The notes under the pieces were generated by a model that searched no databases, had not been told where the DNA came from, and saw only the letters and a program-made list of their open reading frames with translations. The position numbers were made by a program, and so were the translations under genes. Below are positions 47,301 through 58,689 of a DNA stretch of 64,000 nt, piece after piece. The stretch is taken from NCBI GenBank assembly GCA_002269645.1, contig NIVC01000773.1:270838-334837 (forward strand), in the 5' to 3' direction. Positions within the stretch are counted from its first letter, which is position 1, and every line of letters starts with the position of its first letter. This DNA comes from Macrostomum lignano (lineage: Eukaryota).

Positions 47301-47961
47301 TAGATTATGACAGCAGATTAGGAGACCAGGTTTTGAAAGTAGATTGAGAGTAAACTAGTAGAGCAGATTATGAGATTAGATTGCGACATGCATGCGAGAA
47401 GGTAAAGCAATATATAGAAGGCAAGCCACACATGACAAGCAGCGGTTCAGTCCACTATAGGAGCAAGGAATGTTATTGCAACATTCTGGCTGCGTATTAG
47501 CCTGGAGCAAAATGAAAATTAGACCAGAGGCTGGTTGTGAGCCTGATTATTACTGTGCTAAAAATGATACGTTCGACCTCAAAAAAATTGCTTCAACGAC
47601 GGCCGCTGCCTTTCAGGGTAGCGAACTTGACCGCGAAGCAGCGGAGCTTCTTTGCCAAAATTTCCCTAATCACTGCTGTGTTTTTCTTTATAAAAAACTC
47701 TGACTTGCATTAATTTCGCTTTTTAGAGCAAAATAATTTCACATTTTTTGATGCAACAGCATCCACTGCTGCGAGTCGCGTGTAGCAGGTCCCCTTTCAG
47801 AATGGGGTCAGCACCGACTTCACGTGACAGCGCTCGGGATTTGTCCTTAACTGACCTCTGCTGAGTCACTCCCGAGCCGCCTCTCATGTGTCTTTGTGGC
47901 CTGCCTCAGTGTGTGTCTGTCAGTCTGTCCGTCTCTCTGTCTGTCTGTCCGTCTGCCTGCC

Positions 47962-47998
<37 letters not shown>

Positions 47999-48017
47999 TA
48001 GTGTCTGTCTGTCTGCC

Positions 48018-48098
<81 letters not shown>

Positions 48099-48128
48099 TA
48101 GTGTCTGTCTGTCTGTCTGTCTGTCTGC

Positions 48129-48189
<61 letters not shown>

Positions 48190-48193
48190 GCTA

Positions 48194-48232
<39 letters not shown>

Positions 48233-48268
48233 GCTATCTGTCTGTCTGTCTGCTGTCTGTCTGTCTGC

Positions 48269-48313
<45 letters not shown>

Positions 48314-48385
48314 GCTATCTGTCTGTCTGTCTGCTGTCTGTCTGTCTGCTGTCTGTCTGTCTGTCTTAGTGTCTGTCTGTCTGTC

Positions 48386-48430
<45 letters not shown>

Positions 48431-48470
48431 CCTGTCTGTCTGTCTTAGTGTCTGTCTGTCTGTCTGTCTA

Positions 48471-48517
<47 letters not shown>

Positions 48518-48557
48518 GCTGTCTGTCTATCTGTCTGTCTGTCTGTCTGTCTTAGTT

Positions 48558-48588
<31 letters not shown>

Positions 48589-50324
48589 GCTGTCTGTCTG
48601 CCTGTCTGTCTGTCTGTCTATCTGTCTGTCTGTCTGTCTGTCTGTCTGCTGTCTGTCTGCCTGCCTGTTTGTCTGTCTATTTAATTCCCACCGTTAATTC
48701 CCTATTCCTTTAGAATGGGCACCATCAGAGCGGCGGTGCAGTGTATCCGGTTGCAGCAGTTCAATTAGCGTAGTCTTAGCAGCCGGATTCGTTTGAACTC
48801 GGAAATGCTCTTCTATCTAAGGAAAAAAGGCTTTCATCAGAGGATAAAAGGGTAGCAGAGGCCGGCTCGCAGTGGACCGTGAAACGATATTCGCTTTTAA
48901 AAAGGCTGACAGATAAGACGAAACTAACCGGATAAAACAGGTCGAACTCACAGCGGCCAGCGCTTAAGCCGCTGCAGCCCAGCGGACTCCACCCTGACTA
49001 CGAAAGTGTAGCTAATGCAGAATCGGTTCACTTTGAAACAAAATTTGAAGAGACGTTGAAAGCCATCATGCACTCGTAACAGTTCTGTGACACCATCGCT
49101 TTTAATAATTTACTATTCTGCTACGTAACGTGTAGACTAATGCTTACTCGTAATATAGAGGCACTTTTAACCTAAAAGTAGAAAAGTGAAAAATCTAGCA
49201 ATTAAAGGGAAGCGTAGAAATCAGAAGAGTGGCTAGGAGTGACAAGAATAGCATCTGATTAATAATAATATCAAAAGAGGCACGTGCTCCAAGGAGTGAT
49301 ATGAGACTGAGGGAGTGACAAGAATGTTAGGGGTGACAAGATCATTGGAGAGTGACAAGAATGAACAGATGTGTCAAGAATGAGTGACAAGAATAAACAG
49401 GAGTGACAATAATGAACCCAGGAGTGACAAGAATGAACCCAGGAGTGACAAGAATGAACCAAGGAGTGACAAGAATGAACCCAATAGTGACAAGAATGAA
49501 CCCAGGAGTGACAAGAATGAGTGACAAGAATAAACAGGAGCGACAATAATGAACCCAGGAGTGACAGGAATGAGTGACAAGAATAAATAGGAGTGACAAG
49601 AATGAACCCAGGAGTGACAAGAATGAACCCAGGAGTGACAAGAATGAACCCAGGAGTGACAAGAATGAACCCAGGAGTGACAAGAATGAACCCAGGAGTG
49701 ACAAGAATGAACCCAGGAGTGACAAGAATGAACCCAGGAGTGACAAGAATGAACCCAGGAGTGACAAGAATGAACCCAGGAGTGACAAGAAAGACACACG
49801 CATCCCATTCAGTCAGAGCAACAGCCATCTCATCAACTGCAGCACTCACAGAAGCATCGAACTCTGTCGGTGGCCCGCTGGCCGATGGCGGTGCAGCAGA
49901 GCACCAGCAGGAGCAGCAGGCCGGGCGCAAAGTACACCACCCGGCTGGGATAGGGCACGGCGTGCCTAGTAGCGCAGTAGTACTCCAGAAGGCGCATCTG
50001 CACGTACAGCAGCAGCACGGCCACCCGCAGAGCGGTGGTGAGATACTCCAACACCGCGCCTTCGAAGAACAACAATCGAACAGACAGCAGAGCGGCTTCC
50101 AGCACGATCAGTGCCTGCAGGCTGAGCACGGCAGAGAACTTGACCCGGTCAGCCGGGGGGTGCAGCATCAGGGCAGTGAGGGTGTTCCAGAGCACGGTCG
50201 AGCCGAACACCACCAGCAAAAGCAGCAGTGCGGCGGACAGCACGACTCGCCTGCGGGCATAAAAGTGCAAGCCAACCTTGCTGACAAACTGGGGACTTCG
50301 GCATAGAGAGAGAAGCCTCAATGG
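35328..50324 (-). CDS. Seven-transmembrane protein, GPR137/TM7SF1-like; exons 50324-49850, 42139-41998, 39625-39370, then 37985-37764 or 35591-35328; 5' exon unresolved (candidate 52626-52542)
   Basis: Three GTGAGT donors with matching phases (1, 2, 0) join into seven hydrophobic segments. TM7 [20 protein letters not shown] recalls WELLPTTLVVYFF of GPR137B. The candidate N-terminal exon MNSTVL..RPAL has a phase-1 donor that does not match the phase-0 acceptor at 50324. Confidence 0.65.
35800..36185. repeat. About 20-bp pyrimidine minisatellite (CTCTTTACCCTCCTCTCTCC)
   Basis: Tandem periodicity read directly. Confidence 0.9.
36640..37660. repeat. 21-bp minisatellite (CTACCAGTCTACTCTCTCCAT) with degenerate edges
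   Basis: Tandem periodicity; source of the VDGESRL ORF. Confidence 0.95.
38110..38880 (+). repeat. 28-bp minisatellite family A, array 3 (intron of the 7TM gene)
   Basis: Same unit and strand as arrays 1 and 2. Confidence 0.95.
39680..40110 (+). repeat. GATCCCA-based 7/8/15-bp minisatellite
   Basis: GATCCCAG and GATCCCA units alternate. Confidence 0.95.
40885..41290 (-). repeat. TGGGATT-based minisatellite, inverted relative to 39680-40110
   Basis: Reverse complement reads AATCCCAGAATCCCA. Confidence 0.9.
42220..42920. repeat. 19-bp minisatellite (AAAAGTCTACCATAGAGTG)
   Basis: Tandem periodicity read directly. Confidence 0.93.
42829..44039. repeat. Tandem duplication, 609-bp period (42829-43430 and 43438-44039)
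   Basis: Identical ORFs at 42829 and 43438; the copies differ only at C-run lengths in the parts compared; 7-nt junction insert CATTCTA. Confidence 0.95.
44090..44510. repeat. 31/26-bp minisatellite (GGGTCAAGGCCTCCCTTACAGACACAACACT)
   Basis: Tandem periodicity read directly. Confidence 0.93.
45100..46100. repeat. 13-bp purine-rich minisatellite (GAGAGGCAGAGAT), about 75 copies
   Basis: Tandem periodicity read directly. Confidence 0.95.
47010..47390. repeat. Degenerate 13-14-bp minisatellite (AGTAGATTATGAG)
   Basis: GATTATGAG core recurs throughout. Confidence 0.85.
47915..48680. repeat. (TCTG)n microsatellite, about 760 bp, interrupted
   Basis: Read directly. Confidence 0.97.
49290..49790. 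repeat. 21-bp minisatellite (CAAGAATGAACCCAGGAGTGA)
   Basis: Tandem periodicity; ends about 60 nt from the donor at 49849. Confidence 0.95.
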
Positions 50325-50609
50325 CTGTAAGGGAAATGAATACCAGGGATCAGTGCTAATCCTATAGCTATATCCCCAATCTCCTGTAGAGACAGTTTTC
50401 ATCCCAATACATCTTTTTTCCTTTGACTAGCGCGGCGTGTTTGCACTATCAATCAATAAGTAATGCAGAAGCTGGATTTCCAGTTAATCCTCCGCTGCCA
50501 TATCGGGGTTCTCACATTGACTGCTCACATGGACTTGCACTGGCTGAGCAATGTTATAATGAGACTCACGCTGGATTGCTCACGCAGCAGGGAGGAGCTG
50601 GGCGAGAAG

Positions 50610-51085
50610 CAGAGGTGCCCACCCCGGTGAGGACAGGGGTGCCCACCCCGGTGAGGACAGGGGTGCCCACCCCGGTGAGGACAGGGGTGCCCACCCCGGT
50701 GAGGACAGGGGTGCCCACCCCGATGAGGACAGGGGTGCCCACCCCGGTGAGGACAGGGGTGCCCACCCCGGTGAGGACAGGGGTGCCCACCCCGATGAGG
50801 ACAGGGTTACCCACCCCGGTGAGGACAGGGGTGCCCACCCCGGTGAGGACAGGGGTGCCCACCCCGGTGAGGACAGGGGTGCTTACCCAGTAAGGACAGA
50901 GTGATCACCCAGTGAGGACAGGACAGAGGGTGTCCACCCGGAACAGGGCTGCTCACCCGGAACAGGGTGCTCACCTGGAACAGGGTGCTCACCGGGTGAG
51001 GACAGGGATGCTCACCCGGAACAGGGATGCTCACCCGGAACAGGGATGCTCACCCGGAACAGGGATGCTCACCCGGAACAGGGGT
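50610..51085. repeat. 24-bp minisatellite (GAGGACAGGGGTGCCCACCCCGGT) grading into a related 21-bp unit
   Basis: Tandem periodicity read directly. Confidence 0.93.
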
Positions 51086-51819
51086 GCTGTCCGGTACGAC
51101 GTATTGTAACAAAAAATAAGCCTATGGAAAATCTCAATAGTAATTTCTAAGAAATGCGACACGAGGTCGGGCATACAAACCGAATAATTTGACTGGCCAG
51201 AATCAGAAAGGTTTAAAGATGTGTTCTCAAACAGGTTCAGTCCAGATATTGAACTGGCTAAGCTCAGATTGCAGGGATTCACTTAAGCTCCCTTCTACCG
51301 GTGGCTGATGAAGCCCCTAGCTACAGGCAGATGACGCTAAAGCCATTAGAGCTTGCTACGTGCAAGGTGCAAGACTGCAAGTATGGAGCGTACTTTTTTT
51401 AAAATAGCCATAATCCTTTCACATATCACTTTTCACAGTTTGCGCCCAACTGTGAACTCGGGATTTGATAAGGAAAGAAGCTACCGGCCTCCAAAAATAA
51501 CTCGGATCCCAATCCAAACCTAAGTGCCACCCCTAAAAATAGGAGACCAAAAATTGGAAGCTATTTCAAGATAAAGTCGGCAAAAGTCGATTCCGTGCAT
51601 AGCCCGAAAATTGGCCCAGCGGTTGTGCGATTCACACCCCATGAGGGCCAACCCCCAAGGCACAAGAATGAGAAAGTCAAGCGCCACTGTACACCTTCTA
51701 TGAGCGTATGCTTTGGCATCAATCAAAGACTTCATTTAAGCCACGGCTTAACCAAAACTCTCTCTTTGATCTACTTTTGGCTTGGCCTACCAACAACTCC
51801 CAATCTCAGCAATTACGAG

Positions 51820-52430
51820 CTAACCCCATGAGCCACAGCATCTTAGCAAAAAACCCCACGAGCCACAGCATCTCAGCAAAAAACCCCACGAGCCACAGCA
51901 TCTTAGCAATTAACCCCACGAGCCACAGCATCTTAGCAATTAACCCCACGAGCCACAGCATCCCAGCAATTAACCCCACGAGCCACAGCATCCCAGCAAA
52001 AAACCCCACGAGCCACAGCATCTTAGCAATTAACCCCACGAGCCACAGCATCTTAGCAATTAACCCCACGAGCCACAGCATCTTAGCAATTAACCCCATG
52101 ATCCACAGCATCTCAGCAATTAACCCCACGAGCCACAGCATCTTAGCAATTAACCCCACGAGCCACAGCATCTTAGCAAAAAACCCCACGAGCCACAGCA
52201 TCTCAGCAAAAAACCCCACGAGCCACAGCATCTTAGCAAAAAACCCCACGAGCCACAGCATCTCAGCAAAAACCCCACGAGCCGCAGCATCTCAGCAAAA
52301 ACCCCACGAGCCGCAGCATCTTAGCAATTAACCCCACGAGCCACAGCATCTCAGCAAAAACCCCACGAGCCGCAGCATCTTAGCAATTAACCCCAGGAGC
52401 CACAGCATCTCAGCAAAAAACCCGGGAGCA
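51820..52430. repeat. 30-bp minisatellite (CCCCACGAGCCACAGCATCTTAGCAATTAA), about 20 copies
   Basis: Tandem periodicity read directly. Confidence 0.95.
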
Positions 52431-55400
52431 TTGACATCTCACCATTTTGAGTGGTGAAATCTGGGTCTTCTGTTGGCACACCCCCTGCATAGTAACAATA
52501 AGATGGCTCGAGAACCGCGGCTATCGACCCCTGGTACTCACTCAACGCAGGCCTGATAATCAAATGTCCAGTTGAGAAAGCCGCACTGCTTGATGGTGAC
52601 ATCGCGGCCAAGACTGTAGAGTTCAATAGGTGAGGAGTTGCGCCACTCCATTCTGGTTAAACTTTTTTATTGACGTGCCTCTGTTTACTTTTCTAGCCAA
52701 TTGTTGTCAAGGACGCTTACTAGGATGCAGGAATGCGAGTAAAAAGCATCATCCATATTTACTCATAACTTAATCATGCTTGTTGGACCCTATTTTTACA
52801 AGCACAAAATTTTACACGGTGAAAAGTTTATTGTTTTCATTTAGTCGTCTTACTTTCTCATCGCCTGAAGAAGTTTTGAGCTTGAAATTGGTGACTGACA
52901 CTTTATGATTAATTGTAGAAGGTATGAAAAAGTTGGAATTTTTGGGGCTGCAGACCTAGACAGAGTTCGCTAGTCATGTCTCAGTACCCGATCGAGACAA
53001 AATATTAATAACTTTACACCAAGAATGCACTTTTTAAGCCAGAAAGAAGCCGAACATTTTAGATTGCAGCACGTTTATTAGACATTGAACAACTTTCTGA
53101 CAAGTCAATTCTGTTTAAAAATCTACATCTTAAAGTCAGCAAATAGCGTGCCTCTCTGGCGCACCAAAACACGTATTTTTACGCATCAAATATAGTGCAT
53201 AAGTACAAAAATGCAGCAATGCAACTTAAACAATAGAGGGAAGCAGGCAGGCTCACCACTGCTCTGCCAGCTCATAATTAGCTGCATGAGACGCATTCTG
53301 TTCTGCTGTCAACTCCGTTCCCCCCACACTTTAATTAGCAAGCAACAAGCTCAGCAAAGCGAAAGAAGGTATTCATCTAGCCGTTGTTTTGCGGGAATTT
53401 AGCAACAATAAGATGGCCAAAAACGCTGCATTCAGCACTAGTTGGGGAAACGTGATTAAAAATATATATATCTGCTGCATAATGGCTAACTGCAGATCGC
53501 AGAGCAGCACAGGGAAGCGCATAATTACAGACAATTCGGATGACAATAAGAAAGACTGGACGACAGGTGTTACTAGCCTCGTGAATAGAAAGAAAATGGA
53601 GTGTAGCTACAGAAGACAGTGAGAGAGTCGGAGCAAGTCTTCCTTTTCCGTTGCGTCTGAAATTCCTAGAAAAGAAGTTGAAGAAACTACACAGACATTT
53701 TTCTCCCATTAGCGGTCGTGTAGTGCCGCCCAGTCCGCCAGTCTGCCAAGCACTGTCAATTGCAGGAATTCGTCAACCCAGACGGGAGCTTTACCGACCA
53801 AAATTAAGATGCTTGCATAATCCCAGCCATGCACGGGTATTACTTAGGCATACAATGCACGATGCTGAAATTTGCTCTACACGGGAAAAAATTGATTTAT
53901 CAAGAGCGCGGACTCGCACTTAATCTAATAGCGAAATTCTCGCTCAACCCGATGCCAACCAAAATCCCGGGAGCTCTTCAGTTCTGTCTCAACTAAAAAC
54001 TTCTCCCTCTCACTCTGTCTAAAGGCTATACTCATAGTATACTCATTTGAATACTTTGCTGAAGTTTTGCGAGCAAGTTGGCAATGAAGTGGGCGAAGCA
54101 GACGGAGGGTGAGAGGCTGAGAGAGGGTAAAGTAAGTAAAAGATTTGAAGTGAGCCAGGGCTAATTAAACTTGGCGACTACATCATTCTGTTGGGAGAAA
54201 TCGATCCTGAGAGGCAACAGCTCTACCACCTAGGGATCCCGGTTTCCTGGAGAAAGACGGGTGACATTTCTTCTTTAGCAATCCTGCTCAACTCTCAAAT
54301 CGTACGAAACAACTTATAGCTGCCAGCAGAGGAAAAAAACGTGGCAGACCTTAAATGATTGACACGGTCAAATTTTGCCCCGCTGCACACCTACACACAG
54401 CTGACTTTGCAGTGCTTAAATATACCAGAATTTAAAGTTCTCTTCTTCCCAGAATAGCTAAAAAGTTTAATTTCAACAATGCACATCATGAGAGGCCGTA
54501 CCAGCACCCAGCTGTACCTTAAAAGCATTTTATTTTGGCAAGTTAACCAGAATAGAGTCCAGCTGTAATGCGTTGATTTAATAATGCACTTTAAATAGCA
54601 AAAGTCTCGCATGCGCAGAAAAACATTCAAGCGGATTACGAGCGTATTAAAAGCGAAACAAATTTTATTGAGTCGTTATTTTATCCAAGTCTTTAAAATC
54701 CACAACCAACTGGCTTGTATTAGGCATTTGAAAGCATCGAGCTTTTGATAAGACATGCCCCGAAGACACCCAATCAATATCCCGAACTAATTAGTGCACA
54801 AAAGCGTGCCTCATGTTCGGAGTAGCGTAAACCAGGGCCGTAAGAAACAGCCAAAAAAGAAAACTAAGCGTTTCCCACGCGCTTCAATAAGGGGTAACCT
54901 CTTTTATAGCATTTCTGCTTCAGCAAGTCCGACGCGAAGCGGATAAAAGAAGCAGTCAGAAAGGGTCTGCAATAGCTGGCAGGAGGCTGAGTGGGCGACC
55001 CAACTTGTTTAGACAGGCTGCACTATTGGATGTCCCGACCAGAGCCCAGAAGTGAGTGCACCGAAGAGAGAAAAACCCCAAGGACAGAGAAAAAAGTTTG
55101 ATGAGACAAAAAATCAATTCCCCTTAAAGCAGAGCCAGCTAAGAATAAAGAAAGGGAGATAAAAAGGGGTGCCGACTCTCTGGAGACGGGGGCGGAGGAT
55201 TTGGGATCAGCAGATGAAGAGGGGATCAGCGCTAATGAAATCTTGAGCGGCTTTCTGGCAAGAAAAGAATGTGTGTAGCAAAATAATTCTCCCGGGATGA
55301 GATGAGCCTTATTGACCGCAATGGAAAATGATTCAGTCAGAAAAGAAAAATGCTTTGAAGGCCTACCATTACTAATATGTAGACTAGGACCCAAGCTACC

Positions 55401-56111
55401 TATACTAAGTATATATTTTATCCACAGACACACTAAACCTTTTTCTTCCATACTATATTTGCTAAAAGCCTATTGTATATTTTCAGTCTTAAGCTGACAC
55501 GAAGACTGCATAATCGAGTACATACAAATTTACAATCTCTAACACGAAATCTCAAGATTATCGGAATCAAGAAATCAAGAAAGAAATAAATAGATATCGG
55601 AATCACTATTTATACAGCAGAGGCCTGTCTGGCGGTGGAATCAAAGATAGGAAAATAACTGTTGCACTAGAACAAAACACATAGCGGCAGGTTGGCAAGG
55701 CTACTAGTTCAATCTGGCAATGCGAAAGCCTAAAGAAAAAGTGCAAGCAAGCAAACTAACTAACTACACCTCCAGTTGCGGTGACTGCGGAAGGCTTCAT
55801 TTTTTACGTAGATTCTTCTTCCAGAGAAACAGGAGAGCCGACCGACGTCATGATTGGGAGGAGTGGCAAGAGAAGGACAGCAAAAGAAAGGGAGACTGAC
55901 GGTCTCTGGGTCGAAGCTAAAAACACCGTGCAGCCAATAAGAAACGTTCTTAGGTCTCTCCTCACTCCATCGCCTTATTTCTCTCCCAAGAAGATGGAGA
56001 GAAAATGCATAAAAAGTTTCTTTCCTGCAAGGGAGGAAGTAACACGCCTGAGGATCGGACACTCATTTAAAAACGGTGACAAATTTTAAATTTCCAACTA
56101 CTGCAGCAAAG

Positions 56112-57478
56112 ATGAACGTGACGGACATGGAGAACGTAACGGAGCTGATGTTATTGTCTAAACCGAAGGATCCGCAGAGGCGGGAGCCGGCAGCCAAACT
56201 AATGTTGGTATTTGCCTATCAATACATCTTCTCTTGGCTGGTGCCATTCCAATACTTGGCCGGATGCACAGGCACTTTGCTGTGTATCATTGTTTTAGTG
56301 CGACGGCACAGCACCCAGAAAGAGGTACGATCCTGGTTTATAGCGCTGAGCGTCATGGACATCTACGTGATGACAATCGGCTTGCCTATAATGTACACCA
56401 ATATAATGCAGTTGCTGACAGCACTAAATCTTAATAAAACGGAGCCGGAGAACGGCACATACAGCGGACAACAGGTATCTACACAAGTATATACACCATA
56501 CGACCCGCGCACCTGGAGCAATTGAATTGCTACATCATTTCAATACTGCAGTCCTACGGCCTTCTCGGCTCCAGCTGGGTTCAAGTCGGCATCTCTCTGC
56601 TGCGCTGCATATCAACGGTAATACCATTGAGCTCGCGCAGTCACATTAACGCCAGCAATTCGCGTAGGGCCCTCTGCACTACGCTGTTAGTCACGCTGGC
56701 GGTGTCGATAATCATTGTCATAACAACAGTCGACTATACCCCGATAAATAACCAATGGACATGCGGTCAGACTAGAAAATCGCCTTATCTATTCTACAGC
56801 ATATTTGTGCTGCGCGTGTTTCTGCCATCAGTGTGTCTGATTGTTAGCACGTCGGTCATTCTCTACAGTCTGCACAAATTCAAGCGCGCCTTTCACACCG
56901 AGGCAAGACGGCGCACGCTGCAGCAGCGCCGCATCTCGCTCATACTGATCGGCATGAACATCAGCTTCCTACTGTTTGCTCTACCATATGAGATCCACTT
57001 AATCTACGGCTTCATCATAAAAGATTATCTAATCAGCAAAAACATGGTGACTCAAAGCATCGAGAAGATTCTACAGCAAGTTTTCGCTATACTAATGTAC
57101 ACAAACAACGCGACCAATTGGATCTTTTATTTTGTGCTAGGCAAGCGGTTTCGCCAAGAAATGCGCTACTGCCTGACCTGCAACAGGAACCGGGTCAGCA
57201 AGACGGTACACTACCGGTTCCACCTGGCTCCCAGGGCCGCCGCGGAGCGGACGCCTGGAGACGAGCTTGACAAACGCGTCTGCCTCGGCGAGAATCTTTG
57301 CACTAGCAACCGCAACCGGCAGGTGTCCAGCAGCCAATCGGGGGCTAATGAGATGCTCGAGCTGCAGCCGCTGCAGGACAGTCCGATCGGCGAGACTAGG
57401 AAAGTGCACAGCTACGAGACGACAAGGTGTCACGCTAACCACCGCGTCTGCCACGTCCACTTCAAAACTTCAGTCTGA
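56112..57478 (+). pseudogene. Intronless rhodopsin-family peptide-receptor-like GPCR (455 aa if repaired) with a single frameshift at about 56522; pseudogene or assembly error
   Basis: N-terminal NVT sites, WFIALSVMD (TM2), SLLRCISTVIP (DRY region), FLLFALP (TM6), YTNNATNWIFYFVLGKRFRQE (TM7/H8). Adding one T (AAT TTG AAT TGC) fuses the two ORFs. Confidence 0.8.
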
Positions 57479-58689
57479 TTGACAAGCTTTACCTTTGACA
57501 GTTCAGCGTCCTCTTCGATCATTTATTAACATTCCTTGCGTTCCTAAACTGAAAAGCAAACATATTTTGAGCTGACATCTCTATTTAATAGCCAGTCATT
57601 CTATTTTGGAATTCAGTGTATTTGTCCAACACGATTATAAGCACAGTTTTGTTAATTTTACTTTTTCAACTATTTGCGTTTCCCTGCCCAGCACATGCAC
57701 CAAAATGAAAAATACCAATACCATGGCATTGCCTATAGTACTGAATATTGACTACTTATCGTACAGACAGACAGAAACAGCGCTAAATGAATATTTATCT
57801 GATACAACACGGTGGTGTATATATAAATTATTGTTTTAAATAGACAAGAATATAAGTTTTTTTTTCGTTTTAGACCTGCCCATTCATGAAAATTAACTGC
57901 TTTAACTTGAAATTGAGTATTGTACGTTTGTATTTTACTGCGAAGATTTTAAAGCCAATTTTACTTAGTTCCACTTCTAATCTCTAGCTTGGAGTTATTA
58001 ATCCTCAACGCCTTGTGGCTTAATTTCTTTACCTCGGGGTTCTTTGACCATTGATTTCACCTCTGGGGAAGAGAAATCTCAAAGCATGCAACAAAACATA
58101 CAAGCATGGATTTGTTTGAAACAAAACAACTACGCTCATACTTACCTTGAAATTTTAAAGAAAGCTTTCGCATAAAAATAAGGTATTAAAGCTCGGTTCA
58201 ATCTAAATTTAGAGACGACAGCATACAGGGAACGCCCTCAAAGCTATTCAGCGCACGCGGAAGAGGTTCTAAGCAAGTGCAACCTGCTATCACGCAGGCC
58301 TTGTCAGTAATGCAGAGAAGGGCTTAAAAGCGATGGAAGACAAACAACTGAGCTTTACCCACAGGCGCCTGTTATCAAAACATGGTAAGCATTCTTTCTG
58401 GTACTAATTAGCTCTAGTCCCAGTAGCAGGCAGCAGCTCTAAGTGTGACGATAATCTGCTGCAGCGAGGACAGGTAACAAGAGCTTATCTGATTGGCGAG
58501 TGCCGACTTCGGGTACATTAGTCAGCGAAAAAGGCATTTTCAGCGGTCGCGAGAGTCCACAAGATAAGAAAAGTGGCAACAATGTAAATTAAATAGAACG
58601 CAAGAAGCCGCAACTTAGGTGAGAACACTCAAGAATAATAAAGCTGGACGAGTCAGCAGCATTCCAGAGTGATTATGACCTTATAAATC

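Noticed and set aside
56475-56518. 44-bp intron that would restore the GPCR frame
   Set aside because: It needs a weak GAG acceptor and would remove YDPRTWS, which looks like the conserved pre-TM3 motif; a 1-bp deletion is simpler.
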